The notes below the pieces were generated by a model. The model saw nothing but the letters and a program-made list of their open reading frames with translations. It did no database searches and was not told where the DNA came from. Position numbers and translations under genes: made by a program. From NCBI RefSeq assembly GCF_009914755.1, contig NC_060933.1: a DNA stretch of 64,000 nt; one strand, 5' to 3'. Numbering within the stretch: the stretch's first letter is position 1; the number at the start of each line of letters is the position of its first letter. Below, one piece after another: positions 43,550 through 58,600 of this stretch. Origin of the DNA: the human T2T-CHM13v2.0 reference genome, Homo sapiens.

Positions 43550-46500
43550 ATGGAATCAACCCGAGTGCAATGGAATGGAATGGAATGGAAAGGAATGGAA
43601 TGGAATGGATTCAACCCGAATGGAATGGAAAGGAATGGAATCAACCCGAGAGGAATGGCATGGAATGGAATGGAATGGAATGGAGTGGAATGGTACGGAA
43701 TAGAATGTAATGGAACGAAACGGAATGGAATGGAATGGAATGGAATGGAATGGAATGGAATCATTCCGAGTGGAATAGAGGGGAATGTTTTCGAGTGGAA
43801 TGAAAAGGAATGGTATCAACCAGAGTGGAATGGAATGGAATCGAATGGAATGGAAAGGAATAGAATGGAATCAACCCGAGTGGAATGGAATGGAAAGGAC
43901 TGGAATGGAATGGAATGGAATGCAATGGAATCAACTCGATTGCAATGAAATGGAATGGAATGGAATGGAATGGAATGGAATGGAATGGAATGGAATAGAA
44001 TGGAAAGGAATCACCCCAAGTGCAGGGGAATTTAATGGAAAGGAATGCAGTGGAATGGAATCATCCGGAATGGAATGGAATGTAATGGAATGGAATGGAA
44101 TGGAACGGAATGGAATGGAATGGAACGGAATGGAATGGAATGGGTTCAACTCGAATGGAATGGAAAGGAATGGAATCAACACGAGGGGAATGGCATGGAA
44201 TGGAATGGAATTGAATGAAATGGAATGGAATGGAATGGAATGAAATGGAATGGAATGGAAAGGAATGGAATCAACACGAGTGGAATGGCATGGAATGGAA
44301 TGGAATTGAATGAAATGGAATGGAATGGAATGGAATGAAATGTAATGGAATGGAATGGAATGGAATCAACCCGAGTGCAATGTAATGGAATCGAATGGAA
44401 TGGAATGGAATGGAATGGATTCAACCCGAATGGAATTAAAAGGAATGGAATATACCCGAGTGGAATGGCATGGAAGGGAGTGGAATGGAATGGAATGGAA
44501 TGGTACGGAATAGAATGGAATGTAACGAAATGGAATGGAAGGGAATGGAATGGAATGGAATGGAATGAACCCGTGTGCAATGGAATGGAATGGAATGGAA
44601 TGGAATGGAATGGAATGGAATGGATTCAACTCTAATGGAATGGAAGGGAATGGAATCAACGCGAGTGGAATGGCATGGAATGGAATGGAATGGAATGGAA
44701 TGGAATGGAATGGAATGGAGTGGAATGGAATGGTACGGAATAGAATGGAATGGAAAGAAATGGAATGGAATGAAATGGAATGGAATGGAATGGAATGGAA
44801 TGGAATGGAATGGAATCAACCCGAGTGCAGGGGAATGGAATGGAATTGAAGGCAATGGAATGGAATCATCCGGAATTGAATGGAATGGAATGGAATCAAC
44901 TCGATTGCAATGGAATGGAATGGAATGGAATGCAATGGAATGGAATGGAATGGAATGGAATTAACCCGAATAGAATGGAATGGAATGGAATGGAATGGAA
45001 TGGAACGGAAGTAAATGGAATGGAATGTAATGAACCCGAGTGCAGGGGAATGGAATGGAATGGAATGCAATGGAATGGAGTCATCCGGAATGGAACAGAA
45101 AGGAATGGAATGGAATGAACCCGTGTGCAATGGAATGGAATGGAATGGAATGGAATGGAATGGAATGGATTCAACTCTAATGGAATAGAAGGGAATGGAA
45201 TCAACGCGAGTGGAATGGCATGGAATGGAATGGAATGGAAAGGAATGGAATGGAGTGGAATGGAATGGTACGGAATAGAATGGAATGGAACGAAATGGAA
45301 TGGAATGAAATGGAATGGAATGGAATGGAATGGAATGGAATGGAATGGAATGGAATCAACCCGAGTGCAGGGGAATGGAATGGATTTGAAGGCAATGGAA
45401 TGGAATCATCCGGAATTGAATGGAATGGAATGGAATGAACTCGATTGCAATGGAATGGAATGGAATGGAATGGAATGGAATGGAATGGAATGGAATTAAC
45501 CCGAATAGAATGGAATGGAATGGAATGGAATGGTACGGAATAGAATGGAATGGAACCAAATGGAATGGAATGAAATGGAATGGAATGGAATGGAATGGAA
45601 TGGAATCAACCCGACTGCAGGGGAATGGAATGGAATTGAAGGCAATGGAATGGAATCATCCGGAATTGAATGGAATGGAATGGGATCAACTCGATTGCAA
45701 TGGAATGGAATGGAATGGAATGGAATGGAATGGAATGGAATGGAATGGAATGGAATGGAATGGAATTAACCCGAATAGAATGGAATGGAATGGAATGGAA
45801 TGGAATGGAAGTAAATGGAATGGAATGTAAAGAACCCGAGTGCAGGGGAATGGAATGGAATGGAATGCAATGGAATGGTGTCATCCGGAATGGAACAGAA
45901 AGGAATGGAATGGAATCAACCCGTGTGCAATGGAATGGAAAGGAATGGAATGGAATGGAATGGAATGGAATGGAATGGAATGGAATGGAATGGATTCAAC
46001 CCGAATGGAATGGAAAGGAAGGGAATCAACCCAAGTGGAATGGCATGGAATGGAATGGAATGGAATGGAATGGAATGGTACCGAATAGAATGGAATGGAA
46101 CCAAATGGAATAGAATGGAATGGAATGGAATGGAATCAACCCGAGTGCAATGGAATGGAGTGGAATGGAATGGAATGGAAACAACCCGAATGGAATGGAA
46201 TGAAATGGAGTGTAAGGGAATTGAATACAATCAATCCGAATGTAATGGAATGGAATGGAACGGAATGGAATGGAATGGAATGGAATGCAGTGGAATGGAA
46301 TCAAACATAGTGCAATGGAATGGAATGGAATGGAATGGAATGGAATGGAATGGAATGGATTCAATCCAAATGGAATGGAAAGCAATGGAATCAACCCGAG
46401 TGGAAGGGCATGGAATGGAATGGAATGGAATGGAATGGAATGGAACGGAATAGAACGGAATGGACCGAAATGGAATGGAATGGAATGGAATGGAAAGGAA

Positions 46501-49500
46501 TAGAATGGAATCAACTCGATTGCAATGGAATGTAATGGAATGGAATGGAATGCAAGTAACGCGAATAGAATGGAATGGAATGGAAAGGAACGGAATGGAA
46601 TGGAATGGAATGGAATCGAATGGAATCAACCTGAGTGCATGGGAATGGAATGTAATGGAATGCAATGGAATGTAATGGAATGGAATGCAATGGAATCAAC
46701 TCGATTGCAATGGGATGGAATGGAATGGAATGGAAGGGAAAGGAATAGAATGGAATTAACCTGAACAGAATGGAATGGAATGGAATGGAACGGAATGGAA
46801 TGGAACGGAATGGAATGGAATGGAATGGAATGAACCCGTGTGCAATGGAATGGAATGGAATGGAATGGAATGGAATGGAATGGGTTCAACTCGAATGGAA
46901 TGGAAAGGAATGGAATCAACACGAGTGGAATGGAATGGAATGGAATGGAATGGAATGGAATGGAATGGAATGGAATGGAATGGAATGGAATGAAATGTAA
47001 TGTAATGGAATGGAATGGAATCAACCCGAGTGCAGTGTAATGGAATCGAATGGAATGGAATGGAATGGAATGGATTTAACACGAATGTAATGGAAAGGAA
47101 TGGAATAAACCCGCGTGGAATGGCATGGAATGGAGTGGAATGGAATGAAATGTAAAGGAATGGAATGGAATGGAATCAACCCGAGTGCAATGTAATGGAA
47201 TGGAATGGAATGGAATGGAATGGAATGGATTCAACCAGAATGGAATGGAAAGGAATGGAATAAACCCGAGTGGAATGGCATGGAATGGAGTGGAATGGAA
47301 TGGAATGGAATGGAATGGAATGCTACGGAATAGAATGGAATGGAAGGAAATGGAATGGAATGGAATGGAATGGAATAGAATGGAATGGAATGAACCCGTG
47401 TGCAATGGAATGGAATCGAATGGAATGGAATGGATTGGAATGGATTGAACTCGAATGGAATGGAAAGGAATGGAATCAACCCGAGTGGAATGGCATGGAA
47501 TGGAATGGAATGGAATGGAATGGAATGGAATGGAATGGTACGGAATAGAATGGAAAGGAACGAAATGGAATGGAATGAAATGGAATGGAATGGAATGGAA
47601 TGGAATGGAATCAACCCGAGTGCAGGGGAATGGAATGGAATTGAAGGCAATGGAATGGAATCATCCGGAATTGAATGGAATGGAATGGAATCAACTCGAT
47701 TGCAATGGAATGGAATGGAATGGAATGGAATGGAATGGAATGGAATGGAATGGAATGGAATTAACCCGAATAGAATGGAATGGAATGGAATGGAAGTAAA
47801 TGGAATGGAAGGTAATGAACCCGAGTGCAGGGGAATGGAATGGAATGGAATGGAATGCTATGGAATGGAGTCATCCGGAATGGAACGGAAAGGAACGGAA
47901 TGGAACCAACCCGTGTGCAATGGAATGGAAAGGAATGGAATGGAATGGAATGGAATGGAATGGATTCAACCCGAATGGAATGGAAAGGAAGGGAATCAAC
48001 CCAAGTGGAATCGCATGGAATGGAATGGATTGGAATGGAATGGAATGGAATGGTACCGAATAGAATGGAATGGAAGGAAATGGAATAGAATGGAATGGAA
48101 TGGAATGCAATCAACCCGAGTGCAATGGAATGGAGTGGAATGGATTGGAATGGAATGGAAACAACCTGAATGGAATGGAATGAAATGGAGTGTAAGGGAA
48201 TTGAATACAATCAATCCGAATGTAATGGAATGGAATGGAATGGAACGGAATGGAATGGAATGGAATGGAATGGAATGCAGTGGAATGGAATCAAACCTAG
48301 TGCAATGGAATAGAATGGAATGGAATGGAATGGAATGGAATGGAATGGAATGGATTCAACCCAAATGGAATGGAAAGCCATGGAATCAACCCGAGTGGAA
48401 TGGCATGGAATGGAATGGAATGGAATGGTACGGAATAGAATGCAATGGAACGAAATGGAATGGAATGGAATGGAATGGAATGGAATGGAATGGAATGCAA
48501 TCATTCCGAGTGGAATAGAAGGGAATGAATTCGAGTGGAATGGAAAGGAATGGAATCAACCAGAGTGGAATGGAAGGGAATGGAATGGAATGGAAACTAA
48601 TAAAATGGAATCAAAACGAGTGGAATGGAATGGAAAGGACTTGAATGGAATGGAATGGAATGGAATGGAATGGAATGGAATGGAATCAACTCGATTGCTA
48701 TGGAATGTAAGGGAATGGAATGGAATGGAATTAACCCGAGTAGAATGGAATGGAATGGAATGGAATGGAATGGAATGGAATCAACCTGAGTGCAGGGGAA
48801 TGGAATGCAATGGAATGCAATGGAATGGAATGGAATGGAATGCAAAGGAATCAACTAGATTGCAATGGAATGGAATGGAATGGAATGGAATGGAATGGAA
48901 TGGAATGGAATGGAATGGAATGGAATTAACCTGAAAAGAATGGAATGGAATGGAATGGAATGGAATGGAACGGAATGGAATGGAATGGAATGGAATGGAA
49001 TCAACCCGAGTGCAGGGGAATGGAATGGAATGGAATGCAATGGAATGGAATCATCCGGAATGGAATTGAATGGAATGGAATGCAATGGAATGGAATCAAT
49101 CAACCCGAGTGCAATGCAATGGAGTGTAATGGAATCGAATGGAATGGAAACTACCCGAATGGAATGGAATGTAATGGAGTGTAAGGGAATTGAAAAGAAT
49201 CAATCCGAATGTAATGGAATGGAATGGAACGGAATGAAATGGAATGGCATGGAATGGAATGGAATCAACCCGAGTGCAATGGAATGGAATTGAACGGAAT
49301 GGAATGGAAAGGAATGGATTCAACCCGAATGGAATGGAAAGGAATGGAATAAACCCGAGTGGAATGGCTTGGAATGGAATGAAATGGAGTGGAATGAAAT
49401 GGAATGGAATGGAATGGTACGGAATAGAATGGAATGGAACGAAATGGAATAGAATGGAATGGAATGGAATGGAATGGAATGAAACCGTGTGGAATGGAAT

Positions 49501-52500
49501 GGAATGGAATGGAATGGAATGGAATGGAATGGGTTCGACTCGAATGGAATGGAATGGAATGGAATCAACCCGAGTGGAATGGCATGGAATGGAATCGAAT
49601 GGAATGGAATGGAATGGAATGGAAACAACACGAGTGCAATGTAATGGAATGGAATGGAATGGAATGGAATGGAATGGAATGGAATGGATTCAACCCGAAT
49701 GGAATGGAAAGGAATGGAATAAACCCGAGTGGAATGGCATGGAATGGAGTCTAATGGAATGGAATGGAATGGAATGGTATGGAATAGAATGGAATGGAAC
49801 GAAATGGAATGGAATGGAATGGAATGGAATGAACCCGTGTGCAATGGAATGGAATGGAATGGAATGGAATGGAATGGATTCAACTCGAATGGAATGGAAA
49901 GGAATGGAATCAACCCGAGTGAAATGGCATGGAAAGGAATGGAATGGAATGGAATGGAATGGAATTAACCCTAATAGAATGGAATGGAATGGAATGGAAT
50001 GGAATGGAATGGAAGGAAATGGAATGGAATGGAATGGAATGGAATGGAATGGAATGGTACGGAATAGAATGGAATGGAACGAAATGGAATGGAATGGAAT
50101 GGAATGGAATGGAATGGAATGGAATGGAATGGAATCAACCCGAGTGCAGGCAAATGGAATGGAATGGAAGGCAATGGAATGACATCATTCGGAATTGAAT
50201 GGAATGGAATGGAATGGAATGGAATCAACTCGATTGAAATCGAATGGAATGGAATGGAATGGAATGGAATGGAAATGAATGGAATGGAATGTAATGAAAC
50301 CGAGTGCAGGGGAATGGAATGGAATGGAATGCAATGGAATGGAGTCATCCGGAATGGAACGGAATGGAATGGAATGGAATCAACCCGAGTGCAATGGAAT
50401 GGAATGGAATGGAAAGGAATGGAATGGAATGGATTCAACCCGAATGGAATGGAAAGGAATGGAATCAACCCGAGAGGAATGGCATGGAATGGAATGGAAT
50501 GGAATGGAGTGGAATGGTACAGAATAGAATGTAATGGAACGAAATGGAATGGAATGGAATGGAATGGAATGGAATGGAATCATTCCGAGTGGAATAGAAG
50601 GGAATATTTTCGAGTGGAATGAAAAGGAATGGAATCAACCAGAATGGAATGGAATGGAATCGAGTGGAATGGAATGCAATCGAATGGAATGGAAAGGAAT
50701 AGAATGGAATCAACCTGAGTGGAATGGAATGGAAAGGACTGGAATGGAATGGAATGGAATGCAATGGAATCAACTCGATTGCAATGGAATGGAATGGAAT
50801 GGAATGGAATGGAATGGAATTAACCGGAATAGAATGGAATTGAATGGAATGGAAAGGAATGGAATGGAATAGAATGGAATGGAATGGATTCAACTCGAAT
50901 GGAATGGAAAGGAATGGAATCAACCCGAGGGGGATGGCATGGAATGGAATGGAATGGAATGGAATGGAATGGAATTAACCCTAATAGAATGGAATGGAAT
51001 GGAATGGAATGGAATGGAATGGAAGGAAATGGAATGGAATGGAATGGAATGGAATGGAATGGAAGGAAATGGAATGGAATGGAATGGAATGGAATGGAAT
51101 GGTACGGAATAGAATGGAATGGAACGAAATGGAATGGAATGGAATGGAATGGAATGGAATGGAATGGAATGGAATGAAATCAACCCGAGTGCAGGGGAAT
51201 GGAATGGAATGGAAGGCAATGGAATGAAATCATTCGGAATTGAATGGAATGGAATGGAATGGAATGGAATCAACTCGATTGAAATGGAATGGAATGGAAT
51301 GGAATGGAATGGAATGGAATGGAATGGAATGGAATGGAAGTGAATGGAATGGAATGTAATGAAACCGAGTGCAGGGGAATGGAATGGAATGGAATGCAAT
51401 GGAATGCAGTCATCCGGAATGGAACGGAATGGAATGGAATGGAATCAACCCGAGTGCAATGGAATGGAATGGAATGGAAAGGAATGGAATGGAATGGATT
51501 CAACCCGAATGGAATGGAAAGGAATGGAATCAACCCGAGAGGAATGGCATGGAATGGAATGGAATGGAATGGAGTGGAATGGTATGGAATAGAATGTAAT
51601 GGAACGAAACGGAATGGAATGGAATGGAATGGAATGGAATGGAATGGAATCATTCCGAGTGGAATAGAAGGGAATGTTTTCGAGTGGAATGAAAAGGAAT
51701 GGTATCAACCAGAGTGGAATGGAATGGAATCGAATGGAATGGAAAGGAATAGAATGGAATCAACCCGAGTGGAATGGAATGGAAAGGACTGGAATGGAAT
51801 GGAATGGAATGCAATGGAATCAACTCGATTGCAATGAAATGGAATGGAATGGAATGGAATGGAATGGAATGGAATGGAATGGAATGGAATGGAATGGAAT
51901 AGAATGGAAAGGAATCACCCCAAGTGCAGGGGAATTTAATGGAATGGAATGCAGTGGAATGGAATCATCCGGAATGGAATGGAATGGAATGGAATGGAAC
52001 GGAATGGAATGGAATCAACTCGATTTCAATGGAATGGAAAGGAATGGAATGGAATGGAATGCAATGGAATCGTACGGAATAGAATGGAATGGAGCGAAAT
52101 GGAATGTAATGGAATGGAATGGAATGGAATGGAATGGAATGGAATGGAATGGAACGGAATGGAATGGAATGAACCCGCGTGCAATGGAATGGAATGGAAT
52201 GGAATGGAATGGAATGGGTTCAACTCGAATGGAATGGAAAGGAATGGAATCAACACGAGTGGAATGGCATGGAATGGAATGGAATTGAATGAAATGGAAT
52301 GGAATGGAATGGAATGAAATGTAATGGAATGGAAAGGAATGGAATCAACACGAGTGGAATGGCATGGAATGGAATGGAATTGAATGAAATGGAATGGAAT
52401 GGAATGGAATGAAATGTAATGGAATGGAATGGAATGGAATCAACCCCAGTGCAATGTAATGGAATCGAATGGAATGGAATGGAATGGAATGGATTCAACC

Positions 52501-55500
52501 CGAATGGAATTAAAAGGAATGGAATATACCCGAGTGGAATGGCATGGAATGGAGTGGAATGGAATGTAATGGAATGGTACGGAATAGAATGGAATGTAAC
52601 GAAATGGAATGGAAGGGAATGGAATGGAATGGAATGGAATGAACCCGTGTGCAATGGAATGGAATGGAATGGAATGGAATGGATTCAACTCTAATGGAAT
52701 GGAAGGGAATGGAATCAACGTGAGTGGAATGGCATGGAATGGAATGGAATGGAATGGAATGGAATGGAATGGTGTGGAATGGAATGGTACGGAATAGAAT
52801 GGAATGGAAAGAAATGGAATGGAATGAAATGGAATGGAATGGAATGGAATGGAATCGAATGGAATGGAATGGAATGGAATCAACCCGAGTGCAGGGGAAT
52901 GGAATGGAATTGAAGGCAATGGAATGGAATCATCCGGAATTGAATGGAATGGAATGGAATCAACTCGATTGCAATGGAATGGAATGGAATGGAATGGAAT
53001 GGAATGGAATGGAATGAAATGGAATTAACCCGAATAGAATGGTATGGAATGGAATGTAATGGAATGGAATGGTACGGAATAGAATGGAATGGAACGAAAT
53101 GGAATGGAATGAAATGGAATGGAATGGAATGGAATGGAATCAACCCGACTGCAGGGGAATGGAATGGAATTGAAGGCAATGGAATGGAATCATCCGGAAT
53201 TGAATGGAATGGAATGGAATCAACTCGATTGCAATGGAATGGAATGGAATGGAATGGAATGGAATGGAATGGAATGGAATGGAATGGAATGGAATGGAAT
53301 TAACCCGAATAGAATGGAATGGAATGGAATGGAATGGAATGGAATGGAAGTAAATGGAATGGAATGTAATGAACCCGAGTGCAGGGGAATGGAATGGAAT
53401 GGAATGCAATGGAATGGAGTCATCCGGAATGGAACAGAAAGGAATGGAATGGAATGAACCCGTGTGCAATGGAATGGAATCGAATGGAATGGAATGGAAT
53501 GGAATGGATTCAACTCAAATGGAATGGAAGGGAATGGAATCAACGCGAGTGGAATGACATGGAATGGAATGGAATGGAAAGGAATGGAATGGAGTGGAAT
53601 GGAATGGTACGGAATAGAATGGAATGGAAAGAAATGGAATGGAAAGAAATGGAATGGAATGGAATGGAATGGAATGGAATGGAATGGAATGGAATCAACC
53701 CGAGTGCAGGGGAATGGAATGGAATTGAAGGCAATGGAATGGAATCATCCGGAATTGAATGGAATGGAATGGAATCAACTCGATTGCAATGGAATGGAAT
53801 GGAATGGAATGGAATGGAATGGAATGGAATGGAATGGAATGGAATGGAATGGAATTAACCCGAATAGAATGGAATGGAATGGAATGGAATGGAATGGAAT
53901 GGAATGGAATGGTACGGAATAGAATGGAATGGAACCAAATGGAACGGAATGAAATGGAATGGAATGGAATGGAATGGAATGGAATCAACCCGACTGCAGG
54001 GGAATGGAATGGAATTGAAGGCAATGGAATGGAATCATCCGGAATTGAATGGAATGGAATGGAATCAACTCGATTGCAATGGAATGGAATGGAATGGAAT
54101 GGAATGGAATGGAATGGAATGGAATGGAATGGAATGGAAAGGAATTAACCCGAATAGAATGGAATGGAATGGAATGGAATGGAATGGAAGTAAATGGAAT
54201 GGAATGTAATGAACCCGAGTGCAGGGGAATGGAATGGAATGGAATGCAATGGAATGGTGTCATCCGGAATGGAACAGAAAGGAATGGAATGGAATCAACC
54301 CGTGTGCAATGGAATGGAAAGGAATGGAATGGAATGGAATGGAATGGAATGGAATGGAATGGATTCAACCCGAATGGAATGGAAAGGAAGGGAATCAACC
54401 CAAGTGGAATGGCATGGAATGGAATGGAATGGAATGGAATGGAATGGTACCGAATAGAATGGAATGGAACCAAATGGAATAGAATGGAATGGAATGGAAT
54501 GGAATCAACCCGAGTGCAATGGAATGGAGTGGAATGGAATGGAATGGAATGGAAACAACCCGAATGGAATGGAATGAAATGGAGTGTAAGGGAATTGAAT
54601 ACAATCAATCCGAATGTAATGGAATGGAATGGAACGGAATGGAATGGAATGGAATGGAATGCAGTGGAATGGAATCAAACCTAGTGCAATGGAATGGAAT
54701 GGAATGGAATGGAATGGAATGGAATGGAATGGAATGGAATGGAATGGATTCAATCCAAATGGAATGGAAAGCAATGGAATCAACCCGAGTGGAATGGCAT
54801 GGAATGGAATGGAATAGAATGGAATGGAATGGAATGGAATGGAACGGAATAGAACGGAATGGACCGAAATGGAATGGAATGGAATGGAATGGAACGGAAT
54901 GAAATGGAATCAATTCGATTGCAATGGAATGTAATGGAATGGAATGGAATGCAATTAACGCGAATAGAATGGAATGGAATGGAAAGGAACGGAATGGAAT
55001 GGAATGGAATGGAATGGAATGGAATCAACCTGAGTGCAGGGGAATGGAATGGAATGGAATGCAATGTAATGTAATGGAATGGAATGCAATGGAATCAACT
55101 CGACTGCAATGGGATGGAATGGAATGGAATGGAAGGGAAAGGAATAGAATGGAATTAACCTGAACAGAATGGAATGGAATGGAATGGAACGGAATAGAAT
55201 GGAACGGAATGGAATGGAATGGAATGGAATGAACCCGTGTGCAATGGAATGGAATGGAATGGAATGTAATGGAATGGAATCAACCCGAGTGCAGTGTAAT
55301 GGAATCGAATGGAATGGAATGGAATGGAATGGATTCAACACGAATGTAATGGAAAGGAATGGAATAAACCCGCGTGGAATGGCATGGAATGGAGTGGAAT
55401 GGAATGAAATGTAAAGGAATGGAATGGAATGGAATCAACCCGAGTGCAATGTAATGGAATCGAATGGAATGGAATGGAATGGAATGGATTCAACCAGAAT

Positions 55501-58500
55501 GGAATGGAAAGGAATGGAATAAACCCGAGTGGAATGGCATGGAATGGAGTGGAATGGAATGGAATGGAATGGAATGGAATGGTACGGAATAGAATGGAAT
55601 GGAAGGAAATGGAATGGAATGGAATGGAATGGAATGGAATAAAATGAACCCGTGTGCAATAGAATGGAATCGAATGGAATGGAATGGATTGGAATGGATT
55701 GAACTCGAATGGAATGGAAAGGAATGGAATAAACCCGCGTGGAATGGCATGGAATGGAGTGGAATGGAATGAAATGTAAAGGAATGGAATGGAATGGAAT
55801 CAACCCGAGTGCAATGTAATGGAATCGAATGGAATGGAATGGAATGGAATGGATTCAACCAGAATGGAATGGAAAGGAATGGAATAAACCCGAGTGGAAT
55901 TGCATGGAATGGAGTGGAATGGAATGGAATGGAATGGAATGGAATGGTACGGAATAGAATGGAATGGAAGGAAATGGAATGGAATGGAATGGAATGGAAT
56001 GGAATAAAATGAACCCGTGTGCAATAGAATGGAATCGAATGGAATGGAATGGATTGGAATGGATTGAACTCGAATGGAATGGAAAGGAATGGAATCAACC
56101 CGAGTGGAATGGCATGGAATGGAATGGAATGGAATGGAATGGAATGGAATGGAATGGTACGGAATAGAATGGAAAGGAACGAAATGGTATGGAATGAAAT
56201 GGAATGGAATGGAATGGAATAGAATGGAATCAACCCGAGTGCAGGGGAATGGAATGGAATTGAAGGCAATGGAATGGAATCATCCGGAATTGAATGGAAT
56301 GGAATGGAATCAACTCGATTGCAATGGAATGGAATGGAATGGAATGGAATGGAATGGAATGGAATGGAATGGAATTAACCCGAATAGAATGGAATGGAAT
56401 GGAATGGAAGTAAATGGAATGGAAGGTAATGAACCCGAGTGCAGGGCAATGGAATGGAATGGAATGGAATGCAATGGAATGGAGTCATCCGGAATGGAAC
56501 GGAGAGGAACGGAATGGAACCAACCCGTGTGCAATGGAATGGAAAGGAATGGAATGGAATGGAATGGAATGGAATGGATTCAACCCGAATGGAATGGAAA
56601 GGAAGGGAATCAAACCAAGTGGAATGGCATGGAATGGAATGGATTGGAATGGAATGGAATGGAATGGTACCGAATAGAATGGAATGGAAGGAAATGGAAT
56701 AGAATGGAATGGAATGGAATGCAATCAACCCGAGAGCAATGGAATGGAGTGGAATGGATTGGAATGGAATGGAAACAACCTGAATGGAATGGAATGAAAT
56801 GGAGTGTAAGGGAATTGAATACAATCAATCCGAATGTAATGGAATGGAATGGAATGGAACGGAATGGAATGGAATGGAATGGAATGGAATGCAGTGGAAT
56901 GGAATCAAACCTAGTGCAATGGAATAGAATGGAATGGAATGGAATGGAATGGAATGGAATGGATTCAACCCAAATGGAATGGAAAGCCATGGAATCAACC
57001 CGAGTGGAATGGCATGGAATGGAATGGAATGGAATGGTACGGAATAGAATGCAATGGAACGAAATGGAATGGAATGGAATGGAATGGAATGGAATGGAAT
57101 GCAATCATTCCGAGTGGAATAGAAGGGAATGAATTCGAGTGGAATGGAAAGGAATGGAATCAACCAGAGTGGAATGGAAGGGAATGGAATGGAATGGAAA
57201 CTGATAAAATGGAATCAAAACGAGTGGAATGGAATGGAAAGGACTTGAATGGAATGGAATGGAATGGAATGGAATGGAATGGAATGGAATGGAATCAACT
57301 CGATTGCTATGGAATGCAAGGGAATGGAATGGAATGGAATTAACCCGAATAGAATGGAATGGAATGGAATGGAATCAACCTGAGTGCAGGGGAATGGAAT
57401 GCAATGGAATGCAATGGAATGGAATGGAATGGAATGCAATGGAATCAACTAGATTGCAATGGAATGGAATGGAATGGAATGGAATGGAATGGAATGGAAG
57501 GGAATGGAATGGAATGGAATTAACCTGAACAGAATGGAATGGAATGGAATGGAATGGAATGGAATGGAATGGAATGGAATGGAACGGAATGGAATGGAAT
57601 GGAATGAAATGGAATCAACCAGAGTGCAGGGGAATGGAATGGAATGGAATGCAATGGAATGGAATCATCCGGAATGGAATTGAATGGAATGGAATGCAAT
57701 GGAATGGAATCAATCAACCCGAGTGCAATACAATGGAGTGTAATGGAATCGAATGGAATGGAAACTACCCGAATGGAATGGAATATAATGGAGTGTAAGG
57801 GAATTGAAAAGAATCAATCCGAATGTAATGGAATGGAATGGAACGGAATGAAATGGAATGGCATGGAATGGAATGGAATCAACCCGAGTGCAATGGAATG
57901 GAATTGAACGGAATGGAATGGAAAGTAATGGATTCAACCCGAATGGAATGGAAAGGAATGTAGTAAACCCGAGTGGAATGGCATGGAATGGAATGAAATG
58001 GAGTGGAATGGAATGGAATGGAATGGAATGGTACGGAATAGAATGGAATGGAACGAAATGGAATAGAATGGAATGGAATGGAATGGAATGAAACCGTGTG
58101 CAATGGAATGGAATGGAATGGAATGGAATGGAATGGAATGGGTTCGACTCGAATGGAATGGAATGGAATGGAATCAACCCGAGTGGAATGGCATGGAATG
58201 GAATGGAATGGAATGGAATGGAATGGAATGGAATGGAATGGAAACAACACGAGTGCAATGTAATGGAATGGAATGGAATGGAATGGAATGGAATGGAATG
58301 GATTCAACCCGAATGGAATGGAAAGGAATGGAATAAACCCGAGTGGAATGGCATGGAATGGAGTCTAATGGAATGGAATGGAATGGAATGGTATGGAATA
58401 GAATGGAATGGAACGAAATGGAATGGAATGGAATGGAATGGAATGGAATGGAATGAAATGAACCCGTGTGCAATGGAATGGAATGGAATGGAATGGAATG

Positions 58501-58600
58501 GAATGGAATGGAATGGAATGGAATGGGTTCAACTCGAATGGAATGGAAAGGAATGGAATCAACCCGAGTAGAATGGCATGGAATGGAATGGAATGGAATG
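43550..58600 (+). repeat. ~7.9-8.6 kb diverged tandem duplication (43550-~49950 vs 51445-~58600)
   Basis: Matching ORFs at offsets 7889 (43556/51445), 8074 (44176/52250), 8339 (45201/53540) and 8614 (47800/56414; 49244/57858). Confidence 0.85.
55348..56095 (+). repeat. 365-bp tandem duplication
   Basis: AAACCCGCGT at 55366 and 55731; near-identical ORFs 55429..55647 and 55794..56012. Confidence 0.9.
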
